A DNA stretch of 64,000 nucleotides from Squalus acanthias (taxonomy: Eukaryota): contig JASTWF010000157.1 of NCBI GenBank assembly GCA_030390025.1, forward strand, positions 744,001 to 808,000, read 5' to 3'. Both the position numbers and the translations under genes were made by a program. This document shows, in pieces, positions 13,301 through 28,300 of this stretch. Below the pieces are notes generated by a model. It searched no databases and had not been told where the DNA came from. It worked only from the letters and a program-made list of their open reading frames with translations. Each line of letters begins with the position of its first letter. Positions within the stretch are counted from its first letter, which is position 1.

Positions 13301-16300
13301 ATTAAAATCGCAGATTTAAGAATGTTATATGAGATGATGAAATGTTTAGCTGCTAATATCGTCAGCAGTAATTTCCATGCCCAATGCCATTTCCTTGAGG
13401 TGTAACATTCTTAAATATTAACCATAGAGCCTTGTTCTTATTGCTTAAATGTCAATATATGAGACACAGTTGTCGACATCTATAATTTCTGAATGAAGAA
13501 TTGCGATTAGATGCCTAAATCCTCATTTCCATTGTATTTGCTTACAGGGCAGGCTATCGTGAGTTCTGCAGGGAAATCAGGCTTCTGTAATTTCACACTA
13601 TGTACTAAGAGTTGTGAAATTTTGAATTATACGGGAAAATGTGAAACCACCACATTACCCACCACTACGCCCAGCACATCCGAATCTACAACAGTAACAA
13701 TTACTCCCACCTCCACAGCAACTACAACCTGCTCCTGCAATGTCAATGGACAAATAATGTCACCTGGTAAGTGTATCAGTTATTAACAATCTGATGCAAT
13801 CATAGTCACACAAGAAACTTGGGAGCAATATCGAATATAAATCACAATTGACGACAATAATTGAATCAGTTCATTGAAGTGAAGCTCCAGCCCGTTCCAT
13901 GACATAGTTTATATTAAGTGGATGTCTTTGTAAATCATTCAGTATAATTTCAGAGTATGAATTGTATTGAAACTAATGATCCCCACATTTTCCAGAGTGC
14001 TGTCTTCTGTATGTTTGGGAGCAGCGGAAAGTAGCCTGTTTTAAATCGTACACTTCCTGCTCTTCCCTCCTGTGAAGAAATCCTCCAGCATTTACTTTCA
14101 CGTGCCAATAGCACAAAATGCTGAAGGTTCACAGCTAAGTTTCGACCTCTGCTTTTTGCCCTGTGTCTCATTGAACATCAGGAAGATAATCTGCTGTTAA
14201 TGGAGGGACATCGAGCAGACTCCGAAAGGTCTTCGACCTGAAACGTTAACTCTGTTTCTCTCTCCATGGATGCTGCCTCGCCTGCTGAGTTTTTCCAGCG
14301 TTTTCTGTTGTGATTTCCAATATATAATGTATGTTCCTGTATTTTGCCATACCAGCAAAAAAATTAGCACCTGTTCAAAATAGATTCACTGAATTAGACA
14401 ACTTTGCAACCACTGAGTATTTTCTGCCCTTTCATCTGCTTCATTCACTCACAAATATCTGTGGTTTGTTGCGACATCCAACATCTCCATGTGTTCCTCT
14501 GGGCAGGAAAATGTTACTGGCTGTAGAAGGATGACAGCAGTTTCAGTCTCCCCATGATTTTCTCTGTTTTGCTCATTTTTATATTTTGTTTTCATGGTCC
14601 CTCCGTACCTCACCCTTTTATCCAGTCTGTCAGTCATCTTCTGTGTTGTGTTGACATCTCACATTTTCAAGCCTTGTTTGAGATGCAGATAAGTGTTGTT
14701 CTGGTGATTTTAATGGCAATCCACAGTATTGTGTGCAATTTGAAGAGGGCCCTTATCATCACAGGTCAGATTAGAAACTTGCCTGGTGAGGACATCTGAG
14801 GGCACAGAACTCAAAAGGCACACTGCATGGTCTCATATCATTGCTGACAATACAAGCGGGCGAATACTTATTGACCTCTTCGGACATTGTTCTGTCTGCA
14901 TTTCTAAAGCAAGCACAAACTCAATCAAACGAATTAACAGCAGCATTAAAATAGCAGATTTAAGAATGTTACATGAGATGATGAAATGTTTAGCTGCTAA
15001 TATCATCAGTAGTAATTTCCATGCCCAACGCCATTTCCTTCAGGTATAACATTCTTAAATATTAACCATAGAGCCTTGTCCTTATTGCTTAAATGTCAAT
15101 ATATGAGACACAGTTGTCTACATCTATAATTTCTGAATGAAGAATTGCTATTAGATGCCTAAATCCTCATTTCTATTGCGCTTATTTACAGGGCAGGCTA
15201 TCGTGAGTTCTGCAGGGAAATCAGGCTTCTGTAATTTCACACTATGTACTAAGAGTTGTGAAATTTTGAAGTATACGGGAAAATGTGAAACCACCACAGC
15301 GCCCACCACTACGCCCAGCACATCCGAATCTACAACAGTAACAATGACTCCCACCTCCACAGCAACAACAACCTGCTCCTGCAATGTCAATGGACAAATA
15401 ATGTCACCTGGTAAGTGTATCAGTTATTAACAATCTGATGCAATCAAATTCACACAAGAAACTTTGAAGCAATATCGAATATGAATCACAATTGACGACA
15501 ATAATTGAATCAGTTCATTGAAGTGAAGCTCCAGCCCGTTCCATGACATAGTTTATATTAAGTGGCTGTCTTTGTAAATCATTCAGTATAATTTCAGAGT
15601 ATGAATTGTATTGAAACTAATGATCCCCACATTTTCCAGAGTGCTGTCTTCTATATATTTGGGAGCAGCGGAAACTACCCTGTTTTAAATCGTACACTTC
15701 CTGCTCTTCCCATCTGTGAAGAAATCCTCAGCATTTACTTTCACATGCCAATAGCACAAAATGCTGAAGGTTTACACCTAAGTTTAGACCACTGTTTTTT
15801 GCCCTGTGTCTCATTGAACATCAGGAAGATAATCTGCTGTTAATGGAGAGACATCGAGCAGACTCCAATATATAATGTATGTTCCTGTACTTGGCAATTA
15901 CAGTAAAAAAATTAGCGCCCGTTCAAAATAGACTCTCTGAATTAGACAACTTTGCAACCACTGAGTATTTTCTGCCCTTTCATCTGCTTCATTCACTCAC
16001 AGATATCTGTGGTTTGTTGCGACATCCAACATCTCCATGTGTTCCTCTGGGCAGAAAAATGTTACTGGCTGTAGAAGGATGACAGCAGTTTCAGTCTCCC
16101 CCTGATTTTCTCTGTTTTGATCATTTTTCGGTTTTGTTTTCATGGTCCCACCGTACCTCACCCTTTTACCCAATCTGTCAGTCACTTTCTGTGTTGTGTT
16201 GACATCTCACATTTTCAAGCATTGTTTAAGAGGCATATAAAGTGTTGTTCTGGTGATTTTAATGGCAATCCACAGTATTGTGTGCAATTTGAAGAGGGCC

Positions 16301-19300
16301 CTTATCATCAGAGGTCAGATTAGAAACTTGCCTGGTGAGGACATCTCAGGGCTCACAACTCAAAAGGCACACTGCATGGTCTCATATCATTGCTGACAAT
16401 ACAAGCGGGCGAATACTTATTGACCTCTTCGGACATTGTTCTGTCTGCATTTCTAAAGCAAGCACAAACCCAATCAAACGAATTAACAGCAGCATTAAAA
16501 TAGCAGATTTAAGAATGTTATATGAGATGATGAAACGTGTAGCTCCTAATATCGTCAGTAGTAATTTCCATTCAAAAATGCCATTTCCTTCAGGTGTAAC
16601 ATTCTTAAATATTAACCATAGAGCCTTGTTCTTATTGCTTCAATGTCAATATATGAGACACAGTTGTCTACATCTATAATTTCTGAATGAAGAATTGCGA
16701 TTAGATGCCTAATTCCTCATTTCCATTGCGTTTGCTTACAGGGCAGGCTATCGTGAGTTCTGCAGGGAAATCAGGCTTCTGTAATTTCACACTATGTACT
16801 AAGAGTTGTGAAATTTTGAATTATACGGGAAATTGCGTAACCACCACAGCACCCACCACTACGCCCAGCACATCCGAATCTACAACAGTAACAATGACTC
16901 CCACCTCCACAGCAACTACAACCTGCTCCTGCAATGTCAATGGACAAATAATGTCACCTGGTAAGTGTATCAGTTATTAACAATTTGATGCAATCAAAGT
17001 CACACAAGAAACTTGGGAGCAATATCTAATGTAAATCACAATTGACGACAATAATTGAATCAGTTCATTGAAGTGAAGCTCCAGCCCGTTCCATGACATA
17101 GTTTATATTAAGTGGATGTCTTTGTAAATCATTCAGTATAATTTCAGAGTATGAATTGTATTGAAACTAATGATCCCCACATTTTCCAGAGTGCTGTCTT
17201 CTATTTGTTTGGGAGCAGCGGAAATTAGCCTGATTTAAATTGTGCACTTCCTGCTCTTCCGATCTGTGAAGAAATCCTCCAGCTTTTCCTTTCACATGAC
17301 AATAGCACAAAATGCTGAAGGTTCACAGCTAAGTTTTGACCTCTGCTTTTTGTCCTGTGTCTCATTGAACATCAGCAAGGTAATCTGCTGTTAATGGAGG
17401 GACATCGAGCAGACTCCAATATATAATGTATGTTCCTGTACTTGGCAATTCCAGCAACAAAATTAGCACCTGTTCAAAATAGACTCTCTGAATTAGACAA
17501 CTTTGCAACCAATGAGTATTTTCAGCCCTTTCATCTGCTTCATTCACTCGCAAATATCTGTGGTTTGTTGCGACATCCAACATCTCCATGTGTTCCTCTG
17601 GGCAGAAAAATGTTACTGGCTGTAGAAGGATGACAGCAGTTTCAGTCTCCCCCTGATTTTCTCTGTTTTGCTCATTTTTCGGTTTTGTTTTCATGGTCCC
17701 ACCATACCTCACCCTTTTACCCAGTCTGTCAGTCACTTTCTGTGTTGTGTTGACATCTCACATTTTCAAGCATTGTTTAAGAGGCATATAAAGTGTTGTT
17801 CTGGTGATTTTAATGGTAATCCACAGTATTGTGTGCAATTTGAAGAGGGCCCTTATCATCAGAGGTCAGATTAGAAATAACAACAGAAAACGCTGGAAAA
17901 ACTCAGCAGGCCAGGCAGCATCCGTAGAGAGAGAAAGAGAGTTGACGTTTCAGGTCGATGACCTTTCATCAGAACTGGGAAGAGCTGGAAATCAAATAGA
18001 TTTAAGGCCAGGGTAAAGCTGGGAAAAGGGGGAGGGGATAAAGGAACAAAGGAGGAGATGAAGAGACATTAAGGGACATTAAGAGATATGCAAGGCTAGA
18101 GGTGGTGTTAATGTGACAGATTAAGGCTGAATGAAGTGTGAAATCCACTGGCAGAATGAAGGACAGCTGCCAGCTTCTAGGAGGAAAAAAAAAGGTGGGG
18201 GGGACAAATAAAAGGGTGGATAAAATAAAATATAAATGTGATTGGAGCTGAGGTTATGATCTAAAATTGTTGAACTCGATATTGAGTCCAGAGGGCTGTA
18301 GCGTGCCTAAACGAAAGATGAGGTGCTGTTCCTCGAGCTTACGCTGAGCTTCCGTGGAACAGTGTAATAGGCCGAGGACGGTGAGGTCAGAGTGGGAGTG
18401 AAGCGGTGAATTAAAGTGACAGGCCACCGGGAGCTCGGGGTCCCCCTTACGGACTGAACGGAGGTGTTCCGCAAAGCGGTCACCCAATCTGCGTTTGGTC
18501 TCCCCAATGTAGAGGAGTCCACATCGTGAGCAGCGAATACAGTATACTAAATTGCAGGAAGTACAAGTAAATCGCTGTTTCACCTGGAAGGGGTGTTTGG
18601 GGCCCTGGACAGTGGGAAGAGGGGAGGTATAAGGGCATGTGTTGCATCTCCTGCGCGTGCACGGGAAGGTGCCGGGCGAAGGGGAAGGGGTGCTGGGGGT
18701 GGTAGAGGAGTGGACTAGGGTGTCGCGGAGGGAGCGGTCCCTGCGGAATGCTGAAAGGGGAGGTGAGGGGAAGATGTGTTTGGTGGTGGGATCACGCTGG
18801 AGGTGGCGGAAATGGCGGAGGATGATCCGTTGAATGTGGAGGCTGGTAGGGTGAAAGGTGAGGACAAGGGGAACCCTATCGTGGTTCCGGGAGGGAGGGG
18901 CAGGGGTGAGGGCAGATGTGCGGGAGATAGAACGGACACGGTCGAGGGCCGTGTCGACCACGGTAGAGGGGAATCCTCGGTTGAGGAAAAAGGAAGACAT
19001 GTCGGAAGCACTGGTATGGAAGGTGGCATCATCAGAGCAGATGCGGCGGAGACGGAGAAACTGGGAGAATGGAATAGAGTCCTTACAGGAGGCGGGGTGG
19101 GAGGAAGTGTAGTCCAGGTAGCTGTGGGAGTCGGTGGGCTTGTAGTGAATGTTAGTCAATAACCTATCCCCAGAGATGGAGATGGAGAAGTCGAGGAAGG
19201 GAAGGGAAGAGTCGGAGATGGACCATGTGAAGGTGAGGGAAGGGTGGAAATTGGAAGCATAGTGAATGAAATGTTCTAGTTCAGGGCGAGAGCAGGAGAC

Positions 19301-22300
19301 GGCACCGATACAGTCATCAATGTACCGGAAAAAGAGGTGAGGGAGGGGACCCGAGTAGGACTGGAACAAAGAGTGTTCCACATATCCCATGAAAAGGCAG
19401 GCATAGCTAGGACCCATGCGGGTACCCATAGCAACACCTTTAATTTGGAGGAAATGGGTAGAGTCAAAGGAGAAGTTGTTCAATGTGAGAACAAGTTCAG
19501 CCAGGCGGAGGAGGGTGGTCGTGGATGGGGACTGGTTGGGCCTCTGTTCAAGGAAGAAGCGGAGCGCCCACAGGCCATCCTGGTGGGGAATGGAGGTGTA
19601 GAGGGATTGTACGTCCATAGTGAAGAGGAGACGGTTGGGGCCGGGAAACTGGAAACTGTTAAAATGGCGGAGGGCATCGGAAGAGTCGCGGATGTAGGTG
19701 GGAAGAGACTGGACAAGGGGAGAAAAAATAGAGTCGAGATAGGAAGAGATAAGTTCCGTGGGGCAAGAACAGGCTGAAACGATGGGTCTACCGGGGCAGT
19801 CCTGTTTGTGGATCTTGGGAAGGAGGTAGAAGCGGGCTGTGCGGGGTTGGGGAACTATGAGGTTGGCGGCCGTGGGGGGAAGATCTCCAGAGGAGATGAG
19901 GTCAGTGACAGTCTTGGACACGGTGGCTTGATGTTCGGTAGTGGGGTCATGGTCCAGGTGGAGGTAGGAGGAGGTGTCAGAGAGTTGGCGTTCAACTTCC
20001 GCTAGGTAGAGGTCGGTTCGCCAAACAACAACAGCGCCACCCTTGTCAGCAGGTTTAATGACAATGTCAGGGTTGGATCGGAGAGAATGGAGTGCTGCAA
20101 GTTCAGAGGGAGGTAGGTTGGAGTGAGTGAGGGGAGCAGAGAAATTGAGCTGGCCGATGTCACGGCGGCAGTTAGCAATGAAACAGATTAGAAACTTGCC
20201 TGCTGAGGACATTTGAGGGCTCACAACTCAAAAGGCACACTGCATGGTCTCATATCATTGCTGACAATACAAGCGGGCGAATACTTATTGACCTCTTCGG
20301 ACATTGTTCTGTCTGCATTTCTAAAGCAAGCACAAACCCAATCAAACGAATTAACAGCAGCATTAAAATCGCAGATTTAAGAATGTTATATGAGATGATG
20401 AAATGTTTAGCTGCTAATATCGTCAGCAGTAATTTCCATGCCCAATGCCATTTCCTTGAGGTGTAACATTCTTAAATATTAACCATAGAGCCTTGTTCTT
20501 ATTGCTTAAATGTCAATATATGAGACACAGTTGTCGACATCTATAATTTCTGAATGAAGAATTGCGATTAGATGCCTAAATCCTCATTTCCATTGTATTT
20601 GCTTACAGGGCAGGCTATCGTGAGTTCTGCAGGGAAATCAGGCTTCTGTAATTTCACACTATGTACTAAGAGTTGTGAAATTTTGAATTATACGGGAAAA
20701 TGTGAAACCACCACAGTACCCACCACTACGCCCAGCACATCCGAATCTACAACAGTAACAATTACTCCCACCTCCACAGCAACTACAACCTGCTCCTGCA
20801 ATGTCAATGGACAAATAATGTCACCTGGTAAGTGTATCAGTTATTAACAATCTGATGCAATCATAGTCACACAAGAAACTTGGGAGCAATATCGAATATA
20901 AATCACAATTGACGACAATAATTGAATCAGTTCATTGAAGTGAAGCTCCAGCCCGTTCCATGACATAGTTTATATTAAGTGGATGTCTTTGTAAATCATT
21001 CAGTATAATTTCAGAGTATGAATTGTATTGAAACTAATGATCCCCACATTTTCCAGAGTGCTGTCTTCTGTATGTTTGGGAGCAGCGGAAAGTAGCCTGT
21101 TTTAAATCGTACACTTCCTGCTCTTCCCTCCTGTGAAGAAATCCTCCAGCATTTACTTTCACGTGCCAATAGCACAAAATGCTGAAGGTTCACAGCTAAG
21201 TTTCGACCTCTGCTTTTTGCCCTGTGTCTCATTGAACATCAGGAAGATAATCTGCTGTTAATGGAGGGACATCGAGCAGACTCCGAAAGGTCTTCGACCT
21301 GAAACGTTAACTCTGTTTCTCTCTCCATGGATGCTGCCTCGCCTGCTGAGTTTTTCCAGCGTTTTCTGTCGTGATTTCCAATATATAATGTATGTTCCTG
21401 TATTTTGCCATACCAGCAAAAAAATTAGCACCTGTTCAAAATAGATTCACTGAATTAGACAACTTTGCAACCACTGAGTATTTTCTGCCCTTTCATCTGC
21501 TTCATTCACTCACAAATATCTGTGGTTTGTTGCGACATCCAACATCTCCATGTGTTCCTCTGGGCAGGAAAATGTTACTGGCTGTAGAAGGATGACAGCA
21601 GTTTCAGTCTCCCCATGATTTTCTCTGTTTTGCTCATTTTTATATTTTGTTTTCATGGTCCCTCCGTACCTCACCCTTTTATCCAGTCTGTCAGTCATCT
21701 TCTGTGTTGTGTTGACATCTCACATTTTCAAGCCTTGTTTGAGATGCAGATAAGTGTTGTTCTGGTGATTTTAATGGCAATCCACAGTATTGTGTGCAAT
21801 TTGAAGAGGGCCCTTATCATCACAGGTCAGATTAGAAACTTGCCTGGTGAGGACATCTGAGGGCACAGAACTCAAAAGGCACACTGCATGGTCTCATATC
21901 ATTGCTGACAATACAAGCGGGCGAATACTTATTGACCTCTTCGGACATTGTTCTGTCTGCATTTCTAAAGCAAGCACAAACTCAATCAAACGAATTAACA
22001 GCAGCATTAAAATAGCAGATTTAAGAATGTTATATGAGATGATGAAATGTTTAGCTGCTAATATCATCAGTAGTAATTTCCATGCCCAACGCCATTTCCT
22101 TCAGGTATAACATTCTTAAATATTAACCATAGAGCCTTGTCCTTATTGCTTAAATGTCAATATATGAGACACAGTTGTCTACATCTATAATTTCTGAATG
22201 AAGAATTGCTATTAGATGCCTAAATCCTCATTTCTATTGCGCTTATTTACAGGGCAGGCTATCGTGAGTTCTGCAGGGAAATCAGGCTTCTGTAATTTCA

Positions 22301-25300
22301 CACTATGTACTAAGAGTTGTGAAATTTTGAAGTATACGGGAAAATGTGAAACCACCACAGCGCCCACCACTACGCCCAGCACATCCGAATCTACAACAGT
22401 AACAATGACTCCCACCTCCACAGCAACAACAACCTGCTCCTGCAATGTCAATGGACAAATAATGTCACCTGGTAAGTGTATCAGTTATTAACAATCTGAT
22501 GCAATCAAATTCACACAAGAAACTTTGAAGCAATATCGAATATGAATCACAATTGACGACAATAATTGAATCAGTTCATTGAAGTGAAGCTCCAGCCCGT
22601 TCCATGACATAGTTTATATTAAGTGGCTGTCTTTGTAAATCATTCAGTATAATTTCAGAGTATGAATTGTATTGAAACTAATGATCCCCACATTTTCCAG
22701 AGTGCTGTCTTCTATATATTTGGGAGCAGCGGAAACTACCCTGTTTTAAATCGTACACTTCCTGCTCTTCCCATCTGTGAAGAAATCCTCAGCATTTACT
22801 TTCACATGCCAATAGCACAAAATGCTGAAGGTTTACACCTAAGTTTAGACCACTGTTTTTTGCCCTGTGTCTCATTGAACATCAGGAAGATAATCTGCTG
22901 TTAATGGAGAGACATCGAGCAGACTCCAATATATAATGTATGTGCCTGTACTTGGCAATTACAGTAAAAAAATTAGCGCCCGTTCAAAATAGACTCTCTG
23001 AATTAGACAACTTTGCAACCACTGAGTATTTTCTGCCCTTTCATCTGCTTCATTCACTCACAGATATCTGTGGTTTGTTGCGACATCCAACATCTCCATG
23101 TGTTCCTCTGGGCAGAAAAATGTTACTGGCTGTAGAAGGATGACAGCAGTTTCAGTCTCCCCCTGATTTTCTCTGTTTTGATCATTTTTCGGTTTTGTTT
23201 TCATGGTCCCACCGTACCTCACCCTTTTACCCAATCTGTCAGTCACTTTCTGTGTTGTGTTGACATCTCACATTTTCAAGCATTGTTTAAGAGGCATATA
23301 AGTGTTGTTCTGGTGATTTTAATGGCAATCCACAGTATTGTGTGCAATTTGAAGAGGGCCCTTATCATCAGAGGTCAGATTAGAAACTTGCCTGGTGAGG
23401 ACATCTCAGGGCTCACAACTCAAAAGGCACACTGCATGGTCTCATATCATTGCTGACAATACAAGCGGGCGAATACTTATTGACCTCTTCGGACATTGTT
23501 CTGTCTGCATTTCTAAAGCAAGCACAAACCCAATCAAACGAATTAACAGCAGCATTAAAATAGCAGATTTAAGAATGTTATATGAGATGATGAAACGTGT
23601 AGCTCCTAATATCGTCAGTAGTAATTTCCATTCAAAAATGCCATTTCCTTCAGGTGTAACATTCTTAAATATTAACCATAGAGCCTTGTTCTTATTGCTT
23701 CAATGTCAATATATGAGACACAGTTGTCTACATCTATAATTTCTGAATGAAGAATTGCGATTAGATGCCTAATTCCTCATTTCCATTGCGTTTGCTTACA
23801 GGGCAGGCTATCGTGAGTTCTGCAGGGAAATCAGGCTTCTGTAATTTCACACTATGTACTAAGAGTTGTGAAATTTTGAATTATACGGGAAATTGCGTAA
23901 CCACCACAGCACCCACCACTACGCCCAGCACATCCGAATCTACAACAGTAACAATGACTCCCACCTCCACAGCAACTACAACCTGCTCCTGCAATGTCAA
24001 TGGACAAATAATGTCACCTGGTAAGTGTATCAGTTATTAACAATTTGATGCAATCAAAGTCACACAAGAAACTTGGGAGCAATATCTAATATAAATCACA
24101 ATTGACGACAATAATTGAATCAGTTCATTGAAGTGAAGCTCCAGCCCGTTCCATGACATAGTTTATATTAAGTGGATGTCTTTGTAAATCATTCAGTATA
24201 ATTTCAGAGTATGAATTGTATTGAAACTAATGATCCCCACATTTTCCAGAGTGCTGTCTTCTATTTGTTTGGGAGCAGCGGAAATTAGCCTGATTTAAAT
24301 TGTGCACTTCCTGCTCTTCCGATCTGTGAAGAAATCCTCCAGCTTTTCCTTTCACATGACAATAGCACAAAATGCTGAAGGTTCACAGCTAAGTTTTGAC
24401 CTCTGCTTTTTGTCCTGTGTCTCATTGAACATCAGCAAGGTAATCTGCTGTTAATGGAGGGACATCGAGCAGACTCCAATATATAATGTATGTTCCTGTA
24501 CTTGGCAATTCCAGCAACAAAATTAGCACCTGTTCAAAATAGACTCTCTGAATTAGACAACTTTGCAACCAATGAGTATTTTCAGCCCTTTCATCTGCTT
24601 CATTCACTCGCAAATATCTGTGGTTTGTTGCGACATCCAACATCTCCATGTGTTCCTCTGGGCAGAAAAATGTTACTGGCTGTAGAAGGATGACAGCAGT
24701 TTCAGTCTCCCCCTGATTTTCTCTGTTTTGCTCATTTTTCGGTTTTGTTTTCATGGTCCCACCATACCTCACCCTTTTACCCAGTCTGTCAGTCACTTTC
24801 TGTGTTGTGTTGACATCTCACATTTTCAAGCATTGTTTAAGAGGCATATAAAGTGTTGTTCTGGTGATTTTAATGGTAATCCACAGTATTGTGTGCAATT
24901 TGAAGAGGGCCCTTATCATCAGAGGTCAGATTAGAAACTTGCCTGCTGAGGACATTTGAGGGCTCACAACTCAAAAGGCACACTGCATGGTCTCATATCA
25001 TTGCTGACAATACAAGCGGGCGAATACTTATTGACCTCTTCGGACATTGTTCTGTCTGCATTTCTAAAGCAAGCACAAACCCAATCAAACGAATTAACAG
25101 CAGCATTAAAATCGCAGATTTAAGAATGTTATATGAGATGATGAAATGTTTAGCTGCTAATATCGTCAGCAGTAATTTCCATGCCCAATGCCATTTCCTT
25201 GAGGTGTAACATTCTTAAATATTAACCATAGAGCCTTGTTCTTATTGCTTAAATGTCAATATATGAGACACAGTTGTCGACATCTATAATTTCTGAATGA

Positions 25301-28300
25301 AGAATTGCGATTAGATGCCTAAATCCTCATTTCCATTGTATTTGCTTACAGGGCAGGCTATCGTGAGTTCTGCAGGGAAATCAGGCTTCTGTAATTTCAC
25401 ACTATGTACTAAGAGTTGTGAAATTTTGAATTATACGGGAAAATGTGAAACCACCACAGCACCCACCACTACGCCCAGCACTTCCGAATCTACAACAGTA
25501 ACAATGACTCCCACCTCCACAGCAACTACAACCTGCTCCTGCAATGTCAATGGACAAATAATGTCACCTGGTAAGTGTATCAGTTATTAACAATCTGATG
25601 CAATCAAAGTCACACAAGAAACTTGGGAGCAATATCTAATATAAATCACAATTGACGACAATAATTGAATCAGTTCATTGAAGTGAAGCTCCAGCCACTT
25701 CCATGACATAGTTTATATTAAGTGGATGTCTTTGTAAATCATTCAGTATAATTTCAGAGTATGAATTGTATTGAAACTAATGATCCCCACATTTTCCAGA
25801 GTGCTGTCTTCTGTATGTTTGGGAGCAGCGGAAAGTAGCCTGTTTTAAATCGTACACTTCCTGCTCTTCCCTCCTGTGAAGAAATCCTCCAGCATTTACT
25901 TTCACGTGCCAATAGCACAAAATGCTGAAGGTTCACAGCCAAGTTTTGACCTCTGCTTTTTGCCCTGTGTCTCATTGAACATCAGGAAGATAATCTGCTG
26001 TTAATGGAGGGTCATCGAGCAGACTCCGAAAGGTCTTCGACCTGAAACGTTAACTCTGTTTCTCTCTCCATGGATGCTGCCTCGCCTGCTGAGTTTTTCC
26101 AGCATTTTCTATGTGTTTTCCAATATATAATATATGTGCCTGTACTTTGCCATTCCAGCCAAAAAATTAGCACCTGTTCAAAATAGATTCTCTGAATTAG
26201 ACAACTTTGCAACCACTGAGTATTTTCTGCCCTTTCATCTGCTTCATTCACTCACAGATATCTGTGGTTTGTTGCGACATCCAACATCTCCATGTGTTCC
26301 TCTGAGCAGAAAAATGTTACTGGCTGTAGAAGGATGGGAGCAGTTTCAGTCTCCCCCTGATTTTCTCTGTTTTGCTCATTTTTATGTTTTGTGTTCATGG
26401 TCCCTCCGTACCTCACCCTTTTACCCAGTCTGTCAGTCACCTTCTGTGTTGTGTTGACATCTCACATTTTCAAGCCTTGTTTGAGATGCAGATAAGTGTT
26501 GTTCTGGTGATTTTAATGGCAATCCACAGTATTGTGTGCAATTTGAAGAGGGCCCTTATCATCACAGGTCAGATTAGAAACTTGCCTGGTGAGGACATCT
26601 GAGGTCACACAACTCAAAAGGAACACTGCATGGTCTCATATCATTGCTGACAATACAAGCGGGCGAATACTTATTGACCTCTTCGGACATTGTTTTGTCT
26701 GCATTTCTAAAGCAAGCACAAACCCGATCAAATGAATTAACAGCAGCATTAAAATAGCAGATTTAAGAATGTTATATGAGATGATGAAACGTTTAGCTGC
26801 TAATATCGTCAGTAGTAATTTCCATGCAAAAATGCCATTTCCTTCAGGTGTAACATTCTTAAATATTAACCATAGAGCCTTGTTCTTATTGCTTAAATGT
26901 CAATATATGAGACACAGTTGTCTACATCTATAATTTCTGAATGAAGAATTGCTATTAGATGCCTAATTCCTCATTTCCATTGCGTTTGCTTACAGGGCAG
27001 GCTATCGTGAGTTCTGCAGGGAAATCAGGCTTCTGTAATTTCACACTATGTACTAAGAGTTGTGAAATTTTGAAGTATACGGGAAAATGCGTAACCACCA
27101 CAGCACCCACCACTATGCCCAGCACATCCGAATCTACAACAGTAACAATGACTCCCACCTCCACAGCAACTACAACCTGCTCCTGCAATGTCAATGGACA
27201 AATAATGTCACCTGGTAAGTGTATCAGTTATTGACAATCTGATGCAATCAAAGTCACACAAGAAACTTGGGAGCAATATCTAATATGAATCACAATTGAC
27301 GACAATAATTGAATCAGTTCATTGAAGTGAAGCTCCAGCCCGTTCCATGACATGTTTATATGAAGTGGATGTCTTTGTAAATCATTCAGTATAATTTCAG
27401 AGTATGAATTGTATTGAAACTAATGATCCCCACATTTTCCAGAGTGCTGTCTTCTATATATTTGGGAGCAGCGGAAACTAGCCTGTTTTAAATCGTACAC
27501 TTCCTGCTCTTCCCATCTGTGAAGAAATCCTCAGCATTTACTTTCACATGCCAATAGCACAAAATGCTGAAGGTTTACACCTAAGATTAGACCTCTGTTT
27601 TTTGCCCTGTGTCTCATTGAACATCAGGAAGATAATCTGCTGTTAATGGAGAGACATCGAGCAGACTCCAATATATAATGTATGTTCCTGTACTTGGCAA
27701 TTCCAGCAACAAAATTAGCACCTGTTCAAAATAGACTCTCTGAATTAGACAACTTTGCAACCACTGAGTATTTTCAGCCCTTTCATCTGCTTCATTCACT
27801 CGCAAATATCTGTGGTTTGTTGCGACATCCAACATCTCCATGTGTTCCTCTGGGCAGAAAAATGTTACTGGCTGTAGAAGGTTGACAGCAGTTTCAGTCT
27901 CCCCCTGATTTTCTCTGTTTTGCTCATTTTTCGGTTTTGTTTTCATGGTCCCACCATACCTCACTCTTTTACCCAGTCTGTCAGTCACTTTCTGTGTTGT
28001 GTTGACATCTCACATTTTCAAGCATTGTTTAAGAGGCATATAAAGTGTTGTTCTGGTGATTTTAATGGTAATCCACAGTATTGTGTGCAATTTGAAGAGG
28101 GCCCTTATCATCAGAGGTCAGATTAGAAACTTGCCTGCTGAGGACATTTGAGGGCTCACAACTCAAAAGGCACACTGCATGGTCTCATATCATTGCTGAC
28201 AATACAAGCGGGCGAATACTTATTGACCTCTTCGGACATTGTTCTGTCTGCATTTCTAAAGCAAGCACAAACCCAATCAAACGAATTAACAGCAGCATTA

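Larger units (their letters stand above)
17878..20183 (-). mobile_element. Penelope-like retroelement, 5'-truncated, with an 11-bp TSD
   Basis: TSD cagattagaaa at 17867-17877 and 20184-20194. Removing the element and one TSD copy restores a 1550-bp unit. It encodes an RT plus GIY-YIG ORF. Confidence 0.93.

Noticed and set aside
20184-20224. N-terminus MSPQMSSAGKFLI of the 656-aa Penelope ORF
   Set aside because: It is read from the TSD and host intron; the element is 5'-truncated.
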